From an uncultured Chloroflexia bacterium (lineage in GTDB: Bacteria; Chloroflexota; Limnocylindria; Limnocylindrales; CSP1-4), in NCBI GenBank assembly GCA_963749705.1, contig CAVVNQ010000003.1, positions 512,001 to 576,000 of the forward strand: a stretch of DNA of 64,000 nucleotides, written 5' to 3'. Position numbers and translations under genes: made by a program. Each line of letters begins with the position of its first letter. Positions within the stretch are counted from its first letter, which is position 1. Below the pieces are notes generated by a model. The model searched no databases and was not told the origin of the DNA. It was given only the letters and a program-made list of their open reading frames with translations. This document shows, piece after piece, positions 43,552 to 51,761 of this stretch.

Positions 43552-44714
43552 GGCTGCGTGCTCGGTGCCGCGGAGGCCGCCGGCGAGGCGTCGTCGGCTG
43601 CGCTCGGTGATGGCGCCGCGCTGGCCGCCGCTGAGGCGGCCGGCAGCATCGACGATGCGGCAAGCGAGTCCAGGTGCTGCTGGACGGTATCGGCGAGCTG
43701 GGAGCCGGGATCCAGCTCGACCACGAGGCCCCATTCCCGCTGGACCCCGGCCCAATCGGGCGTGGCCTGGTTGAGGAACAGGAACCCGAGGTCGTAGTGG
43801 GCCTCGACGTTCTTGGGATCGATCGTGACAACCTGGTCCCAGGCGTCCTGCGCGGCCGGGAGGTCGCCCAGGTTGAAGCTTGCTGCGCCGCGCGCAAGCA
43901 AGGCCCCGACGTTCTTCGGATCGAGCGCGAGCAGCTTGTCCAGCCATGTGCCCGCGCTGGCGTAGTCCTCGCCCGCGTAGAACTCGTCCGCGAGCGCGAG
44001 CATCGTTGCCGTGTCGGTCGGGTCTGCCTGGATCTTCTCCATCAGCGCCGCCACCTTGGCCTGGTCGACCACCGGTGCGGATGCGGCGGCCGAGTCCGGG
44101 CTCGCGGTGCCGGCACCCGGGTTGACCCCTGCGCCGTTCAGGTTGTAGCCGATGAACAGGAGCCCGGCCGCGGCCGCGATGCCAACCGCGCCGAGGACCA
44201 GCTTCTTCCAGATCCCGCCCGCGGCTGCTGGCGGCGCGACGGTCGCGACAGCCGCGCCGGACCGCACCTGCGCCGGACGGGCCTTGCGCTTGCGATCGGG
44301 GCCCATGTCCGAGTGGGCGCTGGGCGTCACCGAGGCGTACAGGGCCTCGAAGTCGTCGTCGGCGTCGCTCGTTTCGTCGTCGACGTCTGGCACCGCCTCG
44401 GGAAGGGGGTCCCGGCGGGCCGGAGGTGTCGCCGGCCCGCCGGGTTCGACCCGCGGCGGCCTCGTCGGGCTCCTGAGGGCTGAGCCCCCGAAGCCGACTG
44501 GGTCGGTCAAATGGAGGTACGCGGCGTCGAGCGCCGCGGACTGCGAGTGGGCCCAGCCGCGGACGGCGGACGGGGCGGATGCGAGGTAGTCGCTCACCGC
44601 CTGGTGAACGCGGTCGACGTCTTCGGGGGACGCGCTCGGCGGCAGGCCGAGCTCCGCGAGCAGCTCGTTCTCGGCGGCTGCTCGGCCGGTGGCGGGCAGG
44701 CCCGGGGCGCTCAT
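43548..44714 (-). CDS. Membrane-anchored TPR protein (CcmI/CycH-like maturation chaperone candidate)
   Basis: Central TM segment; C-terminal TPR repeats (LALDPKNVGA, TIDPKNVEAHYDLG, ELDPGS). Confidence 0.75.
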   Translation of the reverse strand: MSAPGLPATGRAAAENELLAELGLPPSASPEDVDRVHQAVSDYLASAPSAVRGWAHSQSAALDAAYLHLTDPVGFGGSALRSPTRPPRVEPGGPATPPARRDPLPEAVPDVDDETSDADDDFEALYASVTPSAHSDMGPDRKRKARPAQVRSGAAVATVAPPAAAGGIWKKLVLGAVGIAAAAGLLFIGYNLNGAGVNPGAGTASPDSAAASAPVVDQAKVAALMEKIQADPTDTATMLALADEFYAGEDYASAGTWLDKLLALDPKNVGALLARGAASFNLGDLPAAQDAWDQVVTIDPKNVEAHYDLGFLFLNQATPDWAGVQREWGLVVELDPGSQLADTVQQHLDSLAASSMLPAASAAASAAPSPSAADDASPAASAAPSTQP

Positions 44715-44735
44715 GCCTGGCCACCCGTGAGACGC

Positions 44736-44753
44736 GCGCAACGATCGTTGCGC
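44736..44753. promoter_or_regulatory. Perfect 18-bp palindrome upstream of the TPR-resB-resC-resA-imcH operon
   Basis: GCGCAACGATCGTTGCGC, about 20 bp before the ATG at 44714. Confidence 0.45.
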
Positions 44754-44947
44754 AGTAGCTGCCGGATCATCGTGAATGCCCTCATTGCGCGCCGCGGGGG
44801 ACCGCGGCCTGACACCTGTGTGAATTGTCCGGGTCAGGCCCCTGCCAGCCCATCCACCGGGCCGCACATTTCGACCGGGACCCGGGAGGGCTATTGGGTG
44901 GAGAGATCAGGCCGGGCCTGTACCCGTCGATACATCCGGAGGCCGGG

Positions 44948-45970
44948 TCACGGGGCGGGGACGGTCGCCCCGTCGTGACCTACGCCGTGGCAGGTCAGGG
45001 TGCATGTCCCGGTCGTCGCGTCGTAGCTGATCGGCAGGCCGCCGTAGGCGACCACGTCCGGCGCGAACTTCACCAGGCCGCGGGTGTCGTCGCTCGTGCC
45101 GTGCAGGTTGTAGTGGCACTCGGCACACAGGGCGTTTCCCTGGCCGTCGCCCGGCACGGTGATATCGGTGCCGGCGCTGCCGGAGCTGTAGCCGTCGATG
45201 CTCCGGAGGTGGAAGCCGTGGCCCGGGAAGTTGGTGCCGGTCGATGTCCCGGTGGTGTCCTCGATCGCGGTCTCCTGGGCGCCCGAGTGGCACGAGAAGC
45301 ACAGGCTGAAGTCGGCCGCCCGGTAGGCCTCGCCGGTGGATCGCAGCGGGCTGGTCCGGTAGGCGCTTGGGAGCAACGAGGAGTCGGACGCGCTGTGCGA
45401 GGCATGGCAGGCTGCGCACGTATCGCTCGTGAGCCCGCTGATCACGTGCGGCGACGTGGGATCCACGTTGATATCCAGATCGGCGAACGGGGCGACCAGG
45501 CGGACCTCCGGCGAGGGCGAGACCTCCGGCGAGGGCGAGACCTCCGGCGAGGGCGACGGACCGAGGGAAGGATCCGGGGATCCCGTTGGCACCTCGCTGG
45601 GCGGGACGTCAACGCTTGCGCTGGGGGTCGGGGACGCGCCCGGTGTGGCGGATGCGGACGGGTCCACCGACGGTGACGGCGCAGCGCTTGGCGAGGGTTC
45701 CGCGGACGGGCTGGGGGATTCGGACGCCGGTGGGGGCGAGCCGGGCGTCGGTGACGCCGAGGGCGTGGGCGACGCCGACGGCGTCGGGGTGGCGGCGGGC
45801 GCCGATGCCGAGGGCGTGGGGGTGGCGGCGGGCGCCGATGCCGAGGGATCCGGCGACGGGTCGGTGGCGGAGACGGCCGGCACCGCCGGCGCAAACGTGG
45901 CCAGCACGGCGGCGGCCACCAGCCACGCTCCGAAGAGCGGGCCGGCGCGGCGAGTGAGCCCTGCGTTCAT
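44948..45970 (-). CDS. Secreted tetraheme cytochrome c with a long Pro/Ser/Thr stalk
   Basis: Signal peptide, about 115-aa PS/PT low-complexity region, CAACH, CFSCH, CAECH and atypical CTLTCH. Confidence 0.85.
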   Translation of the reverse strand: MNAGLTRRAGPLFGAWLVAAAVLATFAPAVPAVSATDPSPDPSASAPAATPTPSASAPAATPTPSASPTPSASPTPGSPPPASESPSPSAEPSPSAAPSPSVDPSASATPGASPTPSASVDVPPSEVPTGSPDPSLGPSPSPEVSPSPEVSPSPEVRLVAPFADLDINVDPTSPHVISGLTSDTCAACHASHSASDSSLLPSAYRTSPLRSTGEAYRAADFSLCFSCHSGAQETAIEDTTGTSTGTNFPGHGFHLRSIDGYSSGSAGTDITVPGDGQGNALCAECHYNLHGTSDDTRGLVKFAPDVVAYGGLPISYDATTGTCTLTCHGVGHDGATVPAP

Positions 45971-46143
45971 GCTCGTGGGACGTTCTCTCGTATCGGAGCC
46001 AATTCGGATCTCATGGCCGGCGGCGGACCCGACAGCCCGTTCATCGTGACGAAGACCAACCAGGTGCCCGGTGGCGCATCAGCCCCGGCACAGTGGCTGC
46101 TCTCCGTCGAGATGAAGTCGGCGATCGCGACCTCGGGGGTTGC

Positions 46144-46175
46144 CCCGGCGGCCCGGTTGAACCGTGGCCGCCGGG
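46144..46175 (-). terminator. Strong stem-loop just downstream of the hexaheme cytochrome gene
   Basis: CCCGGCGGCC...GGCCGCCGGG, a 10-bp stem extended by CGGT/ACCG. Confidence 0.55.
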
Positions 46176-46194
46176 AGCGTTCGAGTACGGTTGG

Positions 46195-47535
46195 CTAGTT
46201 GCCCGGGGTGGGCAGCGGGCCGAGGTAGGTGCCGTCCGCCAGAGTCCCCGTCGGGTCGTGGCAGAGCTGGCAGGTGCCGCGGTTGTCCGCCTTGAGCAGG
46301 CGGCTGTCACCGGAGGTGGCAACACTGCCGTTCGGGCCGACGTTGGTGGGCTTGGGCGGGACCGCATGGTTCGGGTCCACGTAGTTGAGGGAGTTGGTGC
46401 CCGTCATGAGGGCGTTGGAGCCATGGGACACATGGCACTGCTCGCACCCGACGCGGGTCGTCCCGTGCTTGTACATGAATGTGGAGTCCGCGCTGTTCGC
46501 GACGAGCGAGGACACCTGATTGCCACCCGGCGTGTAGTCGCTGACGCCGCCGGTCACGGTCGTGCTATAGCCGTTGTAGCGCGTGTGGCACTGGATGCAC
46601 CACGCGGTCATGAGGCCGGTGGTGTTGGCCGGGGCCACGCCGCCGTTGGCGGCCGCGTTCGTGGCGGTGACGCCGTTCCAGGCGGTGTTCATGGGGTCTT
46701 TCGGCGGGAGAGGCGTCAGGTACCAGAGGTCTGCGCCGGTGGGATCCCAGTGGTAGCGCCAGTAGTCACCGGTGTCGGTGGTCACGATATTCGCCGCGGA
46801 GCCATTGGCATCGGTGCCGTCGGTGGCCGGCTTGATCGTGTAGTTGTGGGTCCCGGTCGTGGTCGTGTCAACAATCTCGACCGCGCTCGTCGACAGGACG
46901 AACTGGGCTGCGGGCGAAGGAGCCGTCGCAACAGCGCTGGGCTTCGTCTGCAGAATTCGGTACTGGCCATTGCCGTGCGGGTTGTGGCACGAGGCGCACT
47001 CGAGGGTAACCGTGGCACCGGTGCCGCTGTTGACGGCTCCGTTGCCCCAGACCGTGCCAGTGCCCCAGCCGGCGTTGTAGATGCCACCCGTGCCGCCGTG
47101 GGTCGAGGTGACCTTCTGCGCGGTGGCCAGCGGCTGGATGTGGCTGTTGTAGCTGTGCGAGGCCTCGTCGATGAGGACCTTTGCCGCGTTGCTCGAATCG
47201 ATCAGCGCGTACTGGAACCCGCCGCCCCGGAGGGCGCCGAGGACGGGAGCGGTCTTGGCCGTCGCTGAGTACTGGACGCCGTCAATGACGTCCGTGGTGG
47301 CCTTGCTGCCGTCGTGGCAGTTCAGGCACAGCTCCGGCTGGTCGTTGTTGAGCAGACCCGCGGCGGTCGCCGTGTGGGCCCGATGGCATCCCGCGCACGA
47401 ATCGGCGGTCAGCCCGGCGGTCCCGTTGTTGGTGGCCATCTGATGGGGGCCACCGTCGGCGAACGCTGGAATCGCGGCAACGAACAGCCAGAGGATACCT
47501 ATCGCACCGAGAAGTGCGAACTTCCTCACTGTCAT
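46195..47535 (-). CDS. Secreted hexaheme cytochrome c, OmcS-like
   Basis: Sec signal ending AFA|D; six CxxCH (CAGCH, CLNCH, CASCH, CIQCH, CEQCH, CQLCH); strong RBS AAGGAGGT; Asn/Thr/Gly-rich. Confidence 0.88.
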   Translation of the reverse strand: MTVRKFALLGAIGILWLFVAAIPAFADGGPHQMATNNGTAGLTADSCAGCHRAHTATAAGLLNNDQPELCLNCHDGSKATTDVIDGVQYSATAKTAPVLGALRGGGFQYALIDSSNAAKVLIDEASHSYNSHIQPLATAQKVTSTHGGTGGIYNAGWGTGTVWGNGAVNSGTGATVTLECASCHNPHGNGQYRILQTKPSAVATAPSPAAQFVLSTSAVEIVDTTTTGTHNYTIKPATDGTDANGSAANIVTTDTGDYWRYHWDPTGADLWYLTPLPPKDPMNTAWNGVTATNAAANGGVAPANTTGLMTAWCIQCHTRYNGYSTTVTGGVSDYTPGGNQVSSLVANSADSTFMYKHGTTRVGCEQCHVSHGSNALMTGTNSLNYVDPNHAVPPKPTNVGPNGSVATSGDSRLLKADNRGTCQLCHDPTGTLADGTYLGPLPTPGN

Positions 47536-47620
47536 TACCTCCTTTGTGGACTGGATGAGCACTGCCTGCGCTGCAGGCGACGTTGTCGTCCTGACCTCCA
47601 CCTCCGTCTCCCTGCACATG

Positions 47621-48676
47621 TCAGTAACTCCACACCTGGAGCCGGTCGTTGCCCCAGTCCGCGACGTACACGCGCCCCCGGGCATCGATGGCGAGCCCGT
47701 TCGGGTAAGAGAACGCGCCGTCGCCGGCGCCCTTCTGTCCGAACGTGTTCACGTAGCCGGGGCCGCGATCGCCGGATGTCATGGGTGCGTAGGCCTGGAT
47801 GGTCGATGCACTCGAGTCCACGACCAGGATCCGGCCGTGGTCGTCGATCCCGATCCCAACTGGAAGGCCCAGGTTGCCGACCGCGTCCCCGCGCTCCACG
47901 ATGCCAACCTGGGCACCGGATGCGTCGAAGACGAGCAGCCGCCCGTTGGCGGTGTCGGTGACGTACACGGTGCCGTTCGCGTCCACCGCGATGCCGTTGG
48001 GGTGGTTCATCCCTGCGCCCGCGCCGAAGTCCCGGACCAGCTTGCCGTCCGAACCGAACACGTGGATCACCACGGGGTCGGCGCTCACGTCGGCGATGTA
48101 GACGTTGCCGGCCTGGTCGAAACCGATCCCCAGGGGCTGCCAGTTCGCGAGCCCCGCGCCCTGGTCGAAGATCCGGAGGTACGTGCCATCCGCGGCGTAG
48201 ACCACGACCGCGCCGTTGAACCGGTCGGTTGCCCAGAAATCGCCGGTCGCCGGGTCGGTGGCCACGAATAGCTGATGGGCCTGCACGATCAGGTCGGCCG
48301 GGGGCTTGAGGACCGCGAGCTGCCCACCCTGGCGGTCCATCATCACCGTGTCCAGGGAGGTGCCTGTCTGGGTTACCACGATCCGCGTGCCGTCAGCGCT
48401 CACGGCGACCGCCTGCGGCTTGCTCAGATCGTAGAAGGATCCTTGGTACGCCGGCATCGGCGGCTCGACGAAGGGAACCGGGATGTTGGTGATCGGCTGG
48501 CGGAACAGGAGGTACCAGATCGACAGGGACCCCATGATCGCGAGCAGGGCGAGGAGGAACAGGAGCAGGAACTTCTTGCGTCGGTTGTCCTCGCGCTCCT
48601 CGACCGGTGCTTCCGGCGGGGTCGAAGGCTGGGCATCACCGGAGAGCGCTCCAAGCGACAGGTCGGGTGTGGTCAT
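47621..48676 (-). CDS. Membrane-anchored NHL-repeat six-bladed beta-propeller protein
   Basis: N-terminal TM segment; repeats of P.GI.VD..G.VYV.D..N.R..VF. Confidence 0.88.
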   Translation of the reverse strand: MTTPDLSLGALSGDAQPSTPPEAPVEEREDNRRKKFLLLFLLALLAIMGSLSIWYLLFRQPITNIPVPFVEPPMPAYQGSFYDLSKPQAVAVSADGTRIVVTQTGTSLDTVMMDRQGGQLAVLKPPADLIVQAHQLFVATDPATGDFWATDRFNGAVVVYAADGTYLRIFDQGAGLANWQPLGIGFDQAGNVYIADVSADPVVIHVFGSDGKLVRDFGAGAGMNHPNGIAVDANGTVYVTDTANGRLLVFDASGAQVGIVERGDAVGNLGLPVGIGIDDHGRILVVDSSASTIQAYAPMTSGDRGPGYVNTFGQKGAGDGAFSYPNGLAIDARGRVYVADWGNDRLQVWSY

Positions 48677-48677
48677 C

Positions 48678-49661
48678 TCAGTTGTTGCCTCCGGCAGTGG
48701 GGGACGCGACCTCGGAGGGTGCTGCCACGTCGCCCGCGCCGAGGCTGCTGAGGCCGATCTGCGCGGACTGGTTCGTGGGGTCGATCGCGAGCACCTGGCG
48801 GTAGTAGGACGTCGCCGCGGTGTTGTCGCCGCTCTGGGACGCGATGAGCGCGAGACCGATGAGCGCGTCGGTCTTCATGGCGCCCGTCGTGAGCGGCTTG
48901 AGCGCCGCCGTCGCCTCATCGGGGCGGCCCTGGCAGAAGGCGACCATGGCACTTGCCCATGCGACGCCATCCGGCTGTTGGAGGGCCGTGTAGGAGACGG
49001 CGAGCTCCTGGTACGGCTCGAACCAGCCGGTCGGCACGAAGGCGACGGAGAGCCTGAGCGCACTGACCGCCTTCGTCGGGTCACCTGTCTTGTTGAGGGC
49101 CTGGCCAAGCAGGTACAGGGCGTCTGCATCGGCTCCGTTGATGGCGACTGCCTTCTCGAGCGTGGTCGCCGCGTCGGCGGCCAGGCCTTGCTGCAGCTGG
49201 ACGAGGCCGAGCTCGTAATAGGCATGCTCGAGCTGCGGGTCCGAGCTTGCGAACTCGCCCGCTGCGGCTTGGTCGATGAACGCGTTGAGGTCAGTGGCGG
49301 CCGCGTCAGGCTGGCCGATCTCAACGTAGGCGATCGCCCTGCCGAGCAGCGCGGGTCGATCCGCCGGGTCGATCTTGAGCGCCTCGGTGAACTGGGTGAT
49401 CCCGTCGTCATAGCGCTTGGCGCTCACGTAGGCGGCGGCGAGATAGTCGCGTGCCTGGAGATCGTTGGGGTTTGCCTGGACGGCGGCCTCCGCCGCCGCG
49501 ACCGTGCGATCCGAAACGGACCCACCGGTGTCGACATGCCGGTCGCTCCAGTAGACGAACACCATCACGGGGACCCCGATCAGCAGGATCAGCGCCGCGA
49601 TCAGGATCAGCCGGTTGAGGGTTCTGGTGGAGATGGTCGTGGGACGTGCGACTCTCATCAT
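48678..49661 (-). CDS. Membrane-anchored TPR protein
   Basis: N-terminal TM segment; multiple TPRs (ALKIDP, AYYELG, ALYLLG, VLAIDPTN); AAGGA RBS. Confidence 0.85.
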   Translation of the reverse strand: MMRVARPTTISTRTLNRLILIAALILLIGVPVMVFVYWSDRHVDTGGSVSDRTVAAAEAAVQANPNDLQARDYLAAAYVSAKRYDDGITQFTEALKIDPADRPALLGRAIAYVEIGQPDAAATDLNAFIDQAAAGEFASSDPQLEHAYYELGLVQLQQGLAADAATTLEKAVAINGADADALYLLGQALNKTGDPTKAVSALRLSVAFVPTGWFEPYQELAVSYTALQQPDGVAWASAMVAFCQGRPDEATAALKPLTTGAMKTDALIGLALIASQSGDNTAATSYYRQVLAIDPTNQSAQIGLSSLGAGDVAAPSEVASPTAGGNN

Positions 49662-49921
49662 TGCTGCCATTCCTTGCGGTGGACGCGCGGCCGGACACCC
49701 GGCCATCAAAGGACGCCGAGGCCTGAGCCCGGCTCCCCGTCCATGTTCGGGCGCGCGAGGGCGAGTTCCCATCCGTCGGGGGATAGAACTGCGATACAGG
49801 GCGTGGTGCGCACGCAACGGTGGTCGTGTATCGAGTGGCCCCCGAAGGTCCCAAGGACCCGGGCCGGATGTCCCGTCCCGTCAGACGCGGGGCGCGCCCG
49901 GCCTCCAGGATGGAGGGCCGG

Positions 49922-50452
49922 TCAGAGGCTCTCGCGCGGCGTCCGGAAGCTCGATGGCACGTCCACCTCGATCACGTCGCCCACCAGCCTGAGCGGGAAC
50001 CGGTCCAGGGGGCGCGGCGGCGGACCCGATACGACCTTGCCGTCGATGTCGAACACGCCATCGTGGCAGGCACACTTGAACTCGTGATCGGCGTCAGCCC
50101 AGCGGTAGATGCACAGCGCGTGCGTGCAGCGCGGGTCGAACGCGGTGATGTCGCCGCCGGCGCGCCTGACGAGCCAGGCGGACGCGGCCACCGCCTGGCC
50201 GCCGGTGTCGAGCGTGAACGGGACCTCGGTCGGCACCCCCACCTCGAGCGACGCGGGATCGACGTCCAGGGTCACCGTGATCGGGGGACCGGCGCAGGCC
50301 TCGAGCAGGACGCCGAGGCCGCCGCCCGCGGCGATCGCACCGGCGCCCATCAGGAGCAGCACCCGACGGCGGGGAACGGGCGTCGTCAGCGGATCGATGG
50401 GGCGGCGCCCGGCGTTGCCCGGCAGCGTCGGGATGTGGCGCTGATCTCCCAT
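49922..50452 (-). CDS. Second Rieske [2Fe-2S] protein with Tat signal
   Basis: PRRRVLL, CTHALC, CACHDGVF and GPPPRPL. Confidence 0.88.
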   Translation of the reverse strand: MGDQRHIPTLPGNAGRRPIDPLTTPVPRRRVLLLMGAGAIAAGGGLGVLLEACAGPPITVTLDVDPASLEVGVPTEVPFTLDTGGQAVAASAWLVRRAGGDITAFDPRCTHALCIYRWADADHEFKCACHDGVFDIDGKVVSGPPPRPLDRFPLRLVGDVIEVDVPSSFRTPRESL

Positions 50453-50462
50453 GCGGGAGAGC

Positions 50463-50888
50463 CTAGCCCGGAATGACGACGGTGCGCAGCCCGCGGTCGG
50501 GCTCGGTGGGACGATCCCGTTCGGGGCCCGGGTCGGCGATGTCGGCCCGCTGGCCGGTGACCGCGCTCCGGATCGCCGCCATGAAGTCGTCCGGCCGGCT
50601 GCTCAGGGTCTCGCGCCGCAGGCTCCAGGCGCAGGTGGTCGTGATGTCGACGTCGAGCACGACGGCGCAATGCGAGCGTCGCATCACCTCGGCCGCATCG
50701 AGCGACCCGCCTTCCTCGACCACGATGATCCCCGGCTCGCGGGCGATCGCCGCGTCCACCGCTCCGACATTGGCGCCGTCCACGGCGTCCACCGCCAGGC
50801 CGGGCTCGGCGGCGAGCATCCGTTCGAGGCCTTCGCCCATCAGCGGATGGCTGTAGACGACGAGGACGCGCACCGGTTCAGGCGACAC
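50463..50888 (-). CDS. Atypical stand-alone receiver-like domain protein
   Basis: VRVLVVYSHPLMGEGL..ML is a REC N-terminus without the acidic pair; GAGGAG RBS before the GTG. Confidence 0.6.
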   Translation of the reverse strand: MSPEPVRVLVVYSHPLMGEGLERMLAAEPGLAVDAVDGANVGAVDAAIAREPGIIVVEEGGSLDAAEVMRRSHCAVVLDVDITTTCAWSLRRETLSSRPDDFMAAIRSAVTGQRADIADPGPERDRPTEPDRGLRTVVIPG

Positions 50889-51050
50889 CAGGGCTCCTCG
50901 TGGAATCCGTGGGCCGCGGATGCGACCCGTGGGAGAGATGCTAGGGGTGGCCGGCGGCAAGGCCAATCCCTCGCCCGGCACAGCCTGCTCCCCGGGGTTC
51001 TGTATCCGACGGGATAGCCGGCCGCGTCGCGCCGCGGGTCCCAGTCCCGC

Positions 51051-51761
51051 TCAGCCGAGCCGCGGGTCCTGGTCGCGCTTCGGCTCGCTGCCCGCGAACC
51101 CCCGACGGACCGCATAGGCCGCCGCCTGGACGCGGTTGGTCAGGTGCAGCTTCTCGAGCGCGTTGTGCACGTGGTTCTTGACCGTCCCCTCGGTGATCGT
51201 GAGCTGGTTCGCGATCTCCTTGTTGGACAGCCCGTCGGCGACCAGCTCCAGGATCTCCGACTCGCGCCGGGTGAGCACGCTGTCCTGCGCTGCCGGCGAC
51301 GGCTGGCCGCGGACGGGGATGCCGCCGGTCCGGAGCGCCGTGAGCAGCTTGGTGGCGACCGCGGGTGCGATCGGGGCCTCGCCGCGCATCACGCCGCGGA
51401 GATCCTCGAACAGCTGCTCGGGGCGGACGTTCTTGAGCAGGTAGCCGTTGGCCCCGGCCTTGATCGACTCGAACAGGTCGTCATCGTCCTCGGACACCGT
51501 GAGCATCACGATCGGCGTCGAGATCCCGGCCTGGCGGATCGCGTTGACGCCGTCGACACCCGAGGCACCCGGCATGTTCACGTCCATGACCACCAGGTCG
51601 GGGCGCAGGGCGCGGACCTTGTCCAGCGCGTCGCGGCCGTTCTCCCCCTCGCCCACGACGGTCATGTCGAACTGGGCGCTGATCAGCGTCGCGAGCGCTC
51701 TCCGGAACAGCGGCTGGTCATCGACGAGCAGCACCCTGAGACGCGGCGGAGTGTGTTCCAC
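51051..51761 (-). CDS. NarL/LuxR-family response regulator
   Basis: LLVDDQ, VVMDVNMP, GYLLK and LTRRE.EIL...GLSNKEIA...TVKNHV. Confidence 0.93.
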   Translation of the reverse strand: MEHTPPRLRVLLVDDQPLFRRALATLISAQFDMTVVGEGENGRDALDKVRALRPDLVVMDVNMPGASGVDGVNAIRQAGISTPIVMLTVSEDDDDLFESIKAGANGYLLKNVRPEQLFEDLRGVMRGEAPIAPAVATKLLTALRTGGIPVRGQPSPAAQDSVLTRRESEILELVADGLSNKEIANQLTITEGTVKNHVHNALEKLHLTNRVQAAAYAVRRGFAGSEPKRDQDPRLG

